64,000 nt of DNA from a virus. Lineage: Duplodnaviria; Caudoviricetes. Of the stretch, positions 18,064 to 27,314 are shown piece after piece. Numbering within the stretch: position 1 is the first letter of the stretch; the number at the start of each line of letters is the position of its first letter. The stretch spans positions 12,669 to 76,668 of IMG/VR virus record IMGVR_UViG_3300021958_000049; one strand, 5' to 3'. Made by a program: the position numbers and the translations under genes. The notes beneath the pieces were generated by a model, which saw nothing but the letters and a program-made list of their open reading frames with translations, ran no database searches and was not told the DNA's origin.

Positions 18064-18507
18064 ATGAAATTTTTAAAAATCAGACCAGTCAAAGATCCTA
18101 CAAGAGGAACCTCTAAATCTGCAGGTATCGACCTTTACATTCCTTACGAATTTAATGACTTAACATTACAACCTGGAGAATCTATTTTGATTCCGTCTGG
18201 TCTAAAAGTCGAAGTACCATCTAATCATGTTTTTGTAGCCATGAATAAAAGTGGTATCGCAACTAAACGTGGTTTACAAGTCGGTGCTTGTGTAATCGAT
18301 GAAGATTATCAAGGTGAAATTCATATCCATCTTACAAACATAACTAAAAACCCAGCTTTCATTAGCGGTGGTGATAAAATAGTTCAATGTTTAATCCTTC
18401 CAATCAATTACGAAGGCGTTGAAATAGTCGATGACGAGAGTGAAATGTGGAATGGCGAAGTGACCGAAAGAGGATCCGGAGGGTTTGGATCGACTGGAAC
18501 AAAATAA
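18064..18507 (+). CDS. dut: trimeric dUTPase
   Basis: SAGIDL, KSGIA, VIDEDYQGEI, GDKIVQ, RGSGGFGSTG. Confidence 0.95.
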   Translation: MKFLKIRPVKDPTRGTSKSAGIDLYIPYEFNDLTLQPGESILIPSGLKVEVPSNHVFVAMNKSGIATKRGLQVGACVIDEDYQGEIHIHLTNITKNPAFISGGDKIVQCLILPINYEGVEIVDDESEMWNGEVTERGSGGFGSTGTK

Positions 18508-18516
18508 AATATTAAT

Positions 18517-18738
18517 ATGGAAAATGCAATGCAAGGAGCACCACAAATTGGACTGAATAATACAACCGAAATTAAATGTGAAGAATGTGAATCTGAATTC
18601 TTTGTGCAAGCATATAATTTACGTAAAGCATCTAAATTATTAACTGGATCTCCAAAAGATATGGTTATGCCAATACCAATTTTTAGATGTGCAGACTGCG
18701 GTAATGTTAATGAAGAATTTAAACCAAAAAATAAATGA
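18517..18738 (+). CDS. small zinc-ribbon protein
   Basis: CEEC...CADC in 73 aa within the replication operon. Confidence 0.7.
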   Translation: MENAMQGAPQIGLNNTTEIKCEECESEFFVQAYNLRKASKLLTGSPKDMVMPIPIFRCADCGNVNEEFKPKNK

Positions 18739-20120
18739 TATTAGATATTGAAAGCAAATGGAACAATGTTCGAATTTCTTATTTTGATAAAGAAGGTAAT
18801 GTTAAATTAAAAGATTATCGAATAAATGATATTCAAAATTGGACAGTGTGTTCCGAAACCGACAAAAACAAAAGCACAGATTACCGAAATTGGGATGGTA
18901 AACCTGTCAAAAAAGCAAAAGATCGTTATTTAAATAAATGGTCAATGTATGAATTCATACAGAATAACGAAGACTTAGAAGAATTATCCGCATTAAACTT
19001 TCCTAAAATATATTCAATTGATATTGAAACCGAAGTTATCGATGGTTTTCCTAATCCAGATATTGCAAGAGAACGTATTACAACAATAGCCATTGCAACT
19101 CAAGATAAAAAGGTAATGGTATTAGGATGGAAACCTATTACCAAAGAACAAGAAAAAGAAATTTACGATAATACAAAAAATCACTTAAAAGCATTTGGTG
19201 ATTGGGAATTTAAATATGTAAATTTCGATGATGAATATAATATGTTATACACATATATACATCGATTATTACCTACAATGGCATTCGTAACAGGTTGGAA
19301 TTATATCGGTTTTGACTGGAAATATATTTACAATCGTTGCAGAAAACTAGGAATAGATCCAGCTCAAGCCTCTCCATCTAAAAAAGTTAATCGAGATAAT
19401 ATTCCATTACATATTGCAATGATGGATTATCTTGACATTTACCGTAGATTTGATCGTACTGTCGCAGTTAAAGAAAATAATACACTAGATTTTGTATCAC
19501 AAACGGTTTTAGGTGCACAAAAAATTAAATATAACGGTACCTTACAAGAATTATACGAACAAGATTATGATAAATATGTTTTCTATAATGCAGTTGATGC
19601 GGCTTTAGTAGTAGAAATTCACGAAAAAATTGCAACCCTCAACGCAGTATTATCAGTATCTGTTTTATGTAATATTAGTTTATATAAATCAGTATCTGCT
19701 GTAAATATTACCGAAGCATTCTTATGGAAAAAATATTACGAACGAGGTTTTGTAGTTGGTGATGAATTTATTAGACCTGGTGAACGAAAAGGTTATGAAG
19801 GTGCATACGTTAAAGAACCACAAACCGGTTTTTACAAAGGCGCTGCATGTTTTGATTTCGCTTCTCTATATCCATCAATTATGAGACAAATAAATATTTC
19901 TCCTGAATCCTTTATTAAAAAGGAAATGAATCAAGAAAAACTTGCAGAATTAAGGAAAGATAAAACCAAGATTGTATCGGTCACTGGTGCTGTTTATCAT
20001 AAAGAAGATAGCGCAATGAAAGATATTCTTACTGAATTATATTCTAAACGAAAGGTGCATAAAAAACGTCACCTTGAATTAGAAGTTGAAATACAAAAAC
20101 TAAAAAAACAATTAAAATAA
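18735..20120 (+). CDS. gp43A: family B DNA polymerase, N-terminal subunit (exonuclease plus palm motif A)
   Basis: IDIETE, GWNYIGFDW, YNAVD, DFASLYPSIM; stops after the first fingers helix, no motif B or C. Confidence 0.92.
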   Translation: MILDIESKWNNVRISYFDKEGNVKLKDYRINDIQNWTVCSETDKNKSTDYRNWDGKPVKKAKDRYLNKWSMYEFIQNNEDLEELSALNFPKIYSIDIETEVIDGFPNPDIARERITTIAIATQDKKVMVLGWKPITKEQEKEIYDNTKNHLKAFGDWEFKYVNFDDEYNMLYTYIHRLLPTMAFVTGWNYIGFDWKYIYNRCRKLGIDPAQASPSKKVNRDNIPLHIAMMDYLDIYRRFDRTVAVKENNTLDFVSQTVLGAQKIKYNGTLQELYEQDYDKYVFYNAVDAALVVEIHEKIATLNAVLSVSVLCNISLYKSVSAVNITEAFLWKKYYERGFVVGDEFIRPGERKGYEGAYVKEPQTGFYKGAACFDFASLYPSIMRQINISPESFIKKEMNQEKLAELRKDKTKIVSVTGAVYHKEDSAMKDILTELYSKRKVHKKRHLELEVEIQKLKKQLK

Positions 20121-20123
20121 ATT

Positions 20124-21125
20124 ATGGATAAACCTAAGTTATTTACCGAAAGAATTCCTTACAAACCTTTCGAATTTCCAACATACTATCTAGATGGATG
20201 GTTACCCCAAGCCCAAGCATTTTGGTTGCATACTGAAATACCTATGCAAAGCGATGTTAAGGACTGGAAAGAAAAATTAACCGATTCTGAAAAAAATCTA
20301 GTTGGAAATATCCTTTTAGGATTTGCACAAACCGAGTGTGCAGTATCTGATTATTGGACTACTATGGTAACTAAATGGTTTCCTAAACATGAAATACGCC
20401 AAATGGCAATGATGTTCGGTTCACAAGAAACTATTCATGCAGTCGCATATTCTTACTTAAATGAAACATTAGGTCTTGAAGATTTTGAAGCATTTTTACA
20501 CGAACCAACTATCGCTGAAAAATTCGAACATCTAACTTCGACATCAGCGGATTACACACATAATGATTTATCTAAAGATCCTAACGCTAGAATGGAAGTG
20601 GCTAGATCTCTTGCTATATTTTCTGCCTTTGCAGAAGGCGTTAGTTTATATAGCTCTTTTGCAGTCTTATATAGCTTTCAATTACGAAATCTTTTAAAAG
20701 GTATTGGACAACAAATGAAATGGAGTGTACGAGATGAATCATTACATTCAAGAATGGGTTGTGCTTTATTCCGTCACATGTGTGAAGAATATCCTGAATT
20801 AAAAGATGAGGTTGAAGAATCTGTACAAACTGCTGCTAAATTAATGGTTGAGATGGAACATAAATTTATAGATAAAATGTTCGAAGAGGGTGATTTAACT
20901 AACCTTAAGAAAAATGATCTTAAAAACTTTATTCTAGAAAGAGCTAACGAAAAATTAAAGGAGTTAGGATATAAATCAACTATGGAATATGATAAAGAAT
21001 CTGCTGCAGAACTAGAATGGTTTGGACATCTTGCAGGTGGAGTAACTCATACAGACTTTTTCGCAACTAGATCTACAGATTATTCAAAGGCTGGTGAAGG
21101 AGATGACTGGGGTGATATATGGTAA
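20124..21125 (+). CDS. nrdB: class Ia ribonucleotide reductase beta subunit
   Basis: QETIHAVAYS, FAEGVSLYSSFA, RDESLH, TDFFA.R.TDY. Confidence 0.95.
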   Translation: MDKPKLFTERIPYKPFEFPTYYLDGWLPQAQAFWLHTEIPMQSDVKDWKEKLTDSEKNLVGNILLGFAQTECAVSDYWTTMVTKWFPKHEIRQMAMMFGSQETIHAVAYSYLNETLGLEDFEAFLHEPTIAEKFEHLTSTSADYTHNDLSKDPNARMEVARSLAIFSAFAEGVSLYSSFAVLYSFQLRNLLKGIGQQMKWSVRDESLHSRMGCALFRHMCEEYPELKDEVEESVQTAAKLMVEMEHKFIDKMFEEGDLTNLKKNDLKNFILERANEKLKELGYKSTMEYDKESAAELEWFGHLAGGVTHTDFFATRSTDYSKAGEGDDWGDIW

Positions 21126-21148
21126 ACAATAAAAATATAAAAAATTAA

Positions 21149-22921
21149 ATGAAGAATTACGCAGAAGAATTAGGTTGGGAAGTAGACGTAGACTTTCCAG
21201 GTTGGGGTAATAATCAACCATATATCGAAACAATATCTAGAGGATATTTATTAGATGGAGAAACTCCAAAGGATGCATATTGGAGAGTTGCAACTACAGT
21301 AGCTAAAAGATTAAATAAACCAGAACTAGCAAGTAAGTTTTTTAATTATATTTGGCAAGGATGGTTGTGTTTAGCATCACCAGTTTTAAGTAATACTGGT
21401 ACTGATCGAGGATTACCTATTAGTTGCTTTGGTATTGATGTCGGAGATTCTATTTACGAAATCGGTAGAAAGAATTTAGAAATGATGTTGCTAGCGAAGA
21501 ATGGTGGTGGTGTTGGTATTGGAGTAAATCAAATACGTCCAGCTGGCTCACCAATCGCACTTAATGGAACTACCGATGGAGTAGTACCGTTTTGTAAAAT
21601 ATACGATTCAACAATCATTGCAACAAATCAAGGAAGTGTAAGACGTGGTGCTGCTTCAGTAAATCTAAATATAGAACATGATGATTTTCTCGATTGGTTA
21701 GAGATTCGTGAACCTAAAGGAGATGTAAATAGACAATCTCTGAATTTGCATCAATGTGCTCTAGTTGGGGACAAATTTATGAGAAAATTACAAGATGGGG
21801 ATCCTGATGCTCGTGAGAGATGGATGGCGCTTTTGAAGAAACGTAGACAAACCGGAGAACCATATGTAATGTATCGTGGAAATGTAAATAAGAATAACCC
21901 AGATGCATACAAGAAAAACGGATTAAAAGTTTATATGACAAACATCTGTAGCGAAATCGTATTACATACCGACGAATCGCATAGTTTCGTATGCTGCCTC
22001 AGTTCCTTAAATTTATCTAAATACGATGAGTGGAAAGATACTGAATTAGTATATTACTCAACAATGTTCCTCGATGGTGTACTTGAAGAATTCATACAAA
22101 AATCTAAATATCGTCAAGGTTTTGAAAACGCCGTTCGTTCCGCCGAAAAAGGCAGAGCCTTAGGTCTCGGAGTTCTCGGATGGCATACATATTTACAACA
22201 AAAAGGAATTCCTTTCGAAGGTCTTCAAGCGCAATTTGAAACCCGAAAAATCTTCTCTCAAATTAAGGCACACTCCGAACATGCTTCACAAGATATGGCA
22301 AAACAATATGGAGAGCCCCTTTGGTGTGTAGGAACCGGAATGAGAAATTCGCATCTCCGAGCAATTGCCCCTACTGTTTCTAATTCAAAATTAGCCGGTG
22401 GCGTTTCGAGTGGTATTGAACCCCTTCCTGCAAATGTTTATACTGAACAAAGTGCAAAAGGGACGTTTATTCGAAAAAACAAAGAGTTAGAAAAAGTACT
22501 ACGAAAAGTTGGAATTAATAATAAAGAAACGTGGGATTTAATATTACAAGATGCTGGAAGCGTACAAGGAATCGATGAATTAGATAATTGGTGTTATTAT
22601 GAAGGTAAACTAAATCAAATATCTGAATTACCTGAAGGTGCTGAATATGACAAAGTTAAAAGTGTATTTAAAACATTTAGAGAAATTAATCAATTAGAAT
22701 TAATTCGTCAAGCTGGTGTTAGACAGCAATACATCGATCAAGCAATGTCCCTTAATTTAGCATTTCCTAAAGAAGCTACTCCTAAATGGATAAATCAAGT
22801 TCACATGGAAGCTTGGGAAAAAGGAATTAAAACTCTTTATTATATGAGAACTGAATCTGTTTTACGTGGTGATATTGCTGCTCAGGCAATGGATCCTGAT
22901 TGTTTACATTGCGAAGGATAA
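21149..22921 (+). CDS. nrdA: class Ia ribonucleotide reductase alpha subunit, no ATP cone
   Basis: PISCF, TNICSEI, CCLSSLN, AIAPTVS, KTLYY, C-terminal CLHCEG. Confidence 0.95.
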   Translation: MKNYAEELGWEVDVDFPGWGNNQPYIETISRGYLLDGETPKDAYWRVATTVAKRLNKPELASKFFNYIWQGWLCLASPVLSNTGTDRGLPISCFGIDVGDSIYEIGRKNLEMMLLAKNGGGVGIGVNQIRPAGSPIALNGTTDGVVPFCKIYDSTIIATNQGSVRRGAASVNLNIEHDDFLDWLEIREPKGDVNRQSLNLHQCALVGDKFMRKLQDGDPDARERWMALLKKRRQTGEPYVMYRGNVNKNNPDAYKKNGLKVYMTNICSEIVLHTDESHSFVCCLSSLNLSKYDEWKDTELVYYSTMFLDGVLEEFIQKSKYRQGFENAVRSAEKGRALGLGVLGWHTYLQQKGIPFEGLQAQFETRKIFSQIKAHSEHASQDMAKQYGEPLWCVGTGMRNSHLRAIAPTVSNSKLAGGVSSGIEPLPANVYTEQSAKGTFIRKNKELEKVLRKVGINNKETWDLILQDAGSVQGIDELDNWCYYEGKLNQISELPEGAEYDKVKSVFKTFREINQLELIRQAGVRQQYIDQAMSLNLAFPKEATPKWINQVHMEAWEKGIKTLYYMRTESVLRGDIAAQAMDPDCLHCEG

Positions 22922-22929
22922 TTATGGTA

Positions 22930-22995
22930 GTGGGTTTTGTGTTTGGTATTAGATATATAATTCTCTGAGCTCCGAACGCTGAGCACAAAACCCAC
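22930..22995. repeat. perfect 12-bp inverted repeat enclosing a late promoter motif
   Basis: gtgggttttgtg (22930-22941) / cacaaaacccac (22984-22995) around GATATATA at 22952. Confidence 0.8.
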
Positions 22996-23014
22996 AAAAT
23001 AATTTATTAATATA

Positions 23015-23632
23015 ATGAAGAAATTCTTATTAGCCATTAATGGCCTGTTTCTTGCTGCAGGCATATATGCACAACAATGTGATTTAGAAATGTTAAATAT
23101 GGATTGGGATAACCAAGCTATAACAATAACTTTAAATAACAATGTTTGTTCTAATTCATCAACTCCAACATGGATTCCTTATCCGGATTCAGTATATGTA
23201 GTACAATTAGGATTAAGTTACGATGGTACTACTTGTATCATTCCATCTAATTCTACTAATTTTTATCCACCACTAGGATTAAATGATACTCTTACATATA
23301 CCTTTAGTGATTGGACAGATCCTTTTAATTGTTTTGACAGCGCATTTGATTACTATCAAGAAACTTGCATAGTTACGATTTCTGTTGTAGGTCCTAATAA
23401 TTCTATTAACCTAGATATGAATAATGGAAATAACTATATAGGATTCAATCCGATATGGGATAACTGCTATAATTCAGTCAATGTTATTGAATTAGTAAAT
23501 AATGATAAAGAGGTAACTGGTGTATTTGATTTTCTAGGTCGATATATTCAAAAGGATATAATTGGATTAGAATCTGGAAAAATGTATCTAATAAGATACA
23601 AAGATGGTACTATAACAAAATTACTTTATTGA
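23015..23632 (+). CDS. secreted protein with Sec signal peptide and T9SS-like C-terminal domain
   Basis: MKKFLL...GIYA|QQ; tail KEVTGVFDFLGR...MYLIRYKDGTITKLLY. Confidence 0.7.
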   Translation: MKKFLLAINGLFLAAGIYAQQCDLEMLNMDWDNQAITITLNNNVCSNSSTPTWIPYPDSVYVVQLGLSYDGTTCIIPSNSTNFYPPLGLNDTLTYTFSDWTDPFNCFDSAFDYYQETCIVTISVVGPNNSINLDMNNGNNYIGFNPIWDNCYNSVNVIELVNNDKEVTGVFDFLGRYIQKDIIGLESGKMYLIRYKDGTITKLLY

Positions 23633-23659
23633 AACTAAAGATCTCTAACTGCATATAAT
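23630..23659 (+). promoter_or_regulatory. middle-type motif for clamp-polB-uvsX
   Basis: TGAAAC-N16-CATATAAT. Confidence 0.75.
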
Positions 23660-23677
23660 AATTAAAATATAAAACTT

Positions 23678-24418
23678 ATGCAGTTAGAGATTACAAAAAT
23701 TTATCCAGGACCTCTTACCAATACAGTAAAGAAACTCCTACTCATGGATCAATCGGTATACCTTAATCTTACCGATGATACCATATTTTCGAATTCGTAT
23801 TTGCCAACTAAAGACGTTGCAAAAATCGTAATTACTCCAACAAGTGAAATATTTGAATTTGAACAAAAACCAGATATGCCAGTTAAGATATCGTTTTTTG
23901 CTGGTCAAAAACTGATTGATTGTTTAAAATTCTTTGATATTCATAATTTACGAGGAACATTACATTATTATCAAGAAGGCGAAGAATATTTCGCTGAAAA
24001 GCTAATTATTCGAGATGGTGTTCTTGAAGTTACTTTACATTGTGCCGATGTTTCACTCGGTTTTACTACAATGTCCGAAACTCAAGTAAGTGCCGCATTT
24101 GGTAAAGATAATTCAATATATGAATTTGATCTTTCGCAAGAAAATTTATCAAAATTAAATAATCTTATTACGTTAGATAAAAACGAGTTATTTAAGATTT
24201 ACTCAGATAATCGAGGTGTTCATGTGGCTGGTGATACTTATGATATTATTATCGACGATTCCGTAACCGAAACTCACAGATCAGTAGATTTATTTAAAAC
24301 ATTCTTTTCTAGAATTGATAAAGAATCGTATAAAGTAACCGTATGTCAAAATAAACTTCTATTAGATTCAGAAGATTCTTCAACCAGGGTTGCTCTTAAC
24401 CTTGCAATAAAAGCTTAA
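23678..24418 (+). CDS. gp45: sliding clamp
   Basis: 246 aa alpha/beta repeat pattern; middle promoter; TAATG overlap with the polymerase C-terminal subunit. Confidence 0.6.
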   Translation: MQLEITKIYPGPLTNTVKKLLLMDQSVYLNLTDDTIFSNSYLPTKDVAKIVITPTSEIFEFEQKPDMPVKISFFAGQKLIDCLKFFDIHNLRGTLHYYQEGEEYFAEKLIIRDGVLEVTLHCADVSLGFTTMSETQVSAAFGKDNSIYEFDLSQENLSKLNNLITLDKNELFKIYSDNRGVHVAGDTYDIIIDDSVTETHRSVDLFKTFFSRIDKESYKVTVCQNKLLLDSEDSSTRVALNLAIKA

Positions 24419-25551
24419 TGAAAGAACTAGAAGCGAAAATAAAATCGATGGAGCATGAAAGCTTGATGAATTACAATCTCGAGCAAGCAATTAAATTAGC
24501 GATTAACTCAATTTATGGTGCATTCGCTAATGATTACTTTCATTTCCGTAGTACTGATATTGCCGAAACAGTTACGCTTCAAGGTCAAGATGCCATTAAA
24601 CATACCGAAGTAAACGTAGAAAAATACTTCAAGGAGTTTTGGCACAAAGATAAAAAGTTACACGAAGCAATGGGTATTACTGGTGAAGTAAAACCATTAA
24701 CACAAAATGTTTGGAAATATACTGATACTGATTCAGGTTATATTATATTTGAAGAAGTAATGGAATCATGTAATTGGCAAGGTACAGTAATGGACTTTAT
24801 CTTAAAAATTAATAAGCATAGGTTAGCCGATTATATTAAAATGGTTCTTCAAAAATATGCAGAATCATATAACTCTGATAATTTCTTAGATTTTGAATTA
24901 GAAACTATTGCACACAATGCAATATGGGTAGCGAAAAAGAAATATGTTCAAAATATAATATGGAAGGATGGTAAAACTTTCGATGCAGGATCTTACATAT
25001 CAACAAAAGGTTTAGAAATTATACAATCATCCACTCCGGCATTTTGTAGAGATAAACTAACTGATCTTGTTAAATTTCTTTTTTCTAAAGATAAATTAGA
25101 TAATGATGCTATTGGTGGATTAACCAGAGTTCTTAAAGAAATTAAGAAAGAATTTCAATTAGCTGATATTGAACAAATATCATCAAATCGTAGAATAGGT
25201 GATTACAATAAATTTGTAATAAATGATACAAACGAATTTGAATTAGCTAAAGGATGTCCAATACATGTTCGAGCAGGTGCTCATCATAATTATCTCGTTA
25301 ATAATTCAAAACAAAAGAATGATTTTGAAATGATTAAAACCAGCGATAAAATTAGATGGTATTATGCATCAGATCAATTTTGCGATGTATTTGGATATTT
25401 ACCTGGAAACTTTCCATATCAATTAGCACCTAAAATCGATATAGATCGACAATTTGAAATGTTTATATTAGAACCATTAAATCGAATTATCATTCCATCA
25501 GGAATGCCAAGATTAAACCGAAGTTTAGCATATACAATATCACTATTTTAA
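24418..25551 (+). CDS. gp43B: family B DNA polymerase, C-terminal subunit (motifs B and C, thumb)
   Basis: KLAINSIYG, YTDTDS, KKKY, KGLEIIQSSTP, C-terminal hydrophobic clamp-binding-like TISLF. Confidence 0.92.
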   Translation: MKELEAKIKSMEHESLMNYNLEQAIKLAINSIYGAFANDYFHFRSTDIAETVTLQGQDAIKHTEVNVEKYFKEFWHKDKKLHEAMGITGEVKPLTQNVWKYTDTDSGYIIFEEVMESCNWQGTVMDFILKINKHRLADYIKMVLQKYAESYNSDNFLDFELETIAHNAIWVAKKKYVQNIIWKDGKTFDAGSYISTKGLEIIQSSTPAFCRDKLTDLVKFLFSKDKLDNDAIGGLTRVLKEIKKEFQLADIEQISSNRRIGDYNKFVINDTNEFELAKGCPIHVRAGAHHNYLVNNSKQKNDFEMIKTSDKIRWYYASDQFCDVFGYLPGNFPYQLAPKIDIDRQFEMFILEPLNRIIIPSGMPRLNRSLAYTISLF

Positions 25552-25565
25552 AAAAAAACAATAAT

Positions 25566-25799
25566 ATGAAATACACAGTAGACGAAGAAAGAAAAACAAT
25601 AACAATTCATAATTTTGGATTGAATTTAAAAGTTTATGATTTAACAGTAGCTTTCGAAGGATATGAAAACTTTGAAATAATTTGCAACTGTAACACAGAT
25701 CAATCAGGCTTTAGTAGTAACGGAAGAAGTTGGGAGAATTATACATACGTACCAGAATCTAATGGATGTAGTAATTGTAACTGTAATTGTAAAAATTAA
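25566..25799 (+). CDS. small Cys-rich hypothetical protein
   Basis: 77 aa, ICNCN and terminal GCSNCNCNCKN. Confidence 0.6.
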   Translation: MKYTVDEERKTITIHNFGLNLKVYDLTVAFEGYENFEIICNCNTDQSGFSSNGRSWENYTYVPESNGCSNCNCNCKN

Positions 25800-25807
25800 G
25801 AATATAT

Positions 25808-27013
25808 ATGGCAAGTAAAGAATTTTCATTCGAAGATTTAAATAAATCTTTATCAAAGCATTCTCTATATGGAGAAACCATGGATAGGAGTACCTTTTCT
25901 AAAATCGATGAATTTATAGGAACTGGAAACTATTTATTAAATGCCTGTTTATCAGGTAGTTTATTTGGTGGTATACCAAACAATAGATCAGTATGTTTTG
26001 CAGGACCTTCAGGAACTGGAAAAACATTCTTATTATTAAATGTAGTAAGACAAGCACAAGAGCAAGGCTATCAAATCGTTTTTTACGATTCAGAAACTGC
26101 AATTGATATTGAATTGATTCAAAAGTTTGGAATTGATCCAAAGAAATTTAGATATGAACCTTGTAATACAATACAAGAATTCAGAACATCTATAACTAAT
26201 TTAGTTAAAATATTAAGTGAACAAAAACGAAAAGGAGCTGAAGTTCCTAAAATTATGGTTTGCTTAGATTCATTAGGTAACCTTGCTTCTCAAAAAGAAA
26301 TTGATGATGCAATGAGTGGTAGTGATAAAGCCGATATGACAAGAGCTAAAACTATTAAATCATTATTCCGTATATTAGGAACTCAATTAGCAGAATGTAA
26401 AATACCATTTGTATTTACAAATCACACTTATTCCGGTCAATCTTTTATCCCTATCGTTACAGCAGGTGGTGGTACTGGACCTGAATACTTCGCTTCAATT
26501 ATATTATTTTTAAGAAAGGCGCAGTTAAAGGAAGGACAAGAAAAAGCCGGTATTGTGGTGACAGCGACTCCAAATAAAAATCGTTTTGCTAAACCTACTC
26601 CGGTTAAATTCATAATTCATTTTAGCAAAGGTATGAATAAATTCATGGGATTACAGAATTATATTTCATGGGAAAATTGCGGTATTGCAAAAGGAAATAT
26701 TATCCAAGCTAAAGATATCGATAAACAAAAGATATCAGATAAAGAAAAGGATAAATTACGAGAAACAATATGGACATCCGAAAAGAATGGATTAGAACTT
26801 GCATTCGTTGGTAAAGAAACCGCAAGAAAATATGTCGCAAGACATATGGATGATACAATTGATATACAAGAATTGTTTTCTCCTGTAGGATTTCCACAAG
26901 AAGTTCTAGAAAATTTAGATAAAAACATTATTCAACCTAGCTTCTCTTACGGAACTAACGAAACAATCGTTGATGAGTTAGAATCTATAATAGAATCAAA
27001 TGACGAAGAATGA
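25808..27013 (+). CDS. uvsX: RecA-like recombinase
   Basis: GPSGTGKT, FYDSETA, CLDSLGNL, FTNHTY, GGGTGPEYFAS, KNRFAKP. Confidence 0.92.
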   Translation: MASKEFSFEDLNKSLSKHSLYGETMDRSTFSKIDEFIGTGNYLLNACLSGSLFGGIPNNRSVCFAGPSGTGKTFLLLNVVRQAQEQGYQIVFYDSETAIDIELIQKFGIDPKKFRYEPCNTIQEFRTSITNLVKILSEQKRKGAEVPKIMVCLDSLGNLASQKEIDDAMSGSDKADMTRAKTIKSLFRILGTQLAECKIPFVFTNHTYSGQSFIPIVTAGGGTGPEYFASIILFLRKAQLKEGQEKAGIVVTATPNKNRFAKPTPVKFIIHFSKGMNKFMGLQNYISWENCGIAKGNIIQAKDIDKQKISDKEKDKLRETIWTSEKNGLELAFVGKETARKYVARHMDDTIDIQELFSPVGFPQEVLENLDKNIIQPSFSYGTNETIVDELESIIESNDEE

Positions 27014-27308
27014 TTTTAAAATAAAGTATATCATTGGAACGTATAAAGATAACGAAGACTATCCAAGTAAAGAAGATCTTTTTGCGATTGCCGATATGTG
27101 GTATCATTTAGAAGGTGGTAAATCCTTTATTCATGAATATAGAGGCCTTGAAGATAAAGGTGAGACGGTATTTACGAATGCTCTTGTAAAAGAAAAGGAT
27201 TTACCAAATTCAACTAATGAATTAATAACCGAGCTAGTAGAATCCGAAAATATATTGGTATTTAAGGAAACTAAACATACAAATTACTATATAATAAATA
27301 AACGTTAA
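27000..27308 (+). CDS. hypothetical protein
   Basis: 102 aa ORF packed between uvsX and the helicase. Confidence 0.55.
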   Translation: MTKNDFKIKYIIGTYKDNEDYPSKEDLFAIADMWYHLEGGKSFIHEYRGLEDKGETVFTNALVKEKDLPNSTNELITELVESENILVFKETKHTNYYIINKR

Positions 27309-27314
27309 CACATT

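Noticed and set aside
22882-23142. Minus-strand 86-aa ORF spanning the nrdA end and the T9SS-type gene start
   Set aside because: Overlaps two supported + genes; no upstream motif; no recognisable features
20121-24417. Intron or intein explaining the interrupted polymerase
   Set aside because: The interval holds four intact genes and separate promoters; no group I/II structure or intein Cys/His-Asn ends; both halves have their own start and stop
25800-25808. GAATATATA directly before uvsX as a late promoter
   Set aside because: It abuts the ATG, leaving no room for a leader; likely chance in AT-rich sequence
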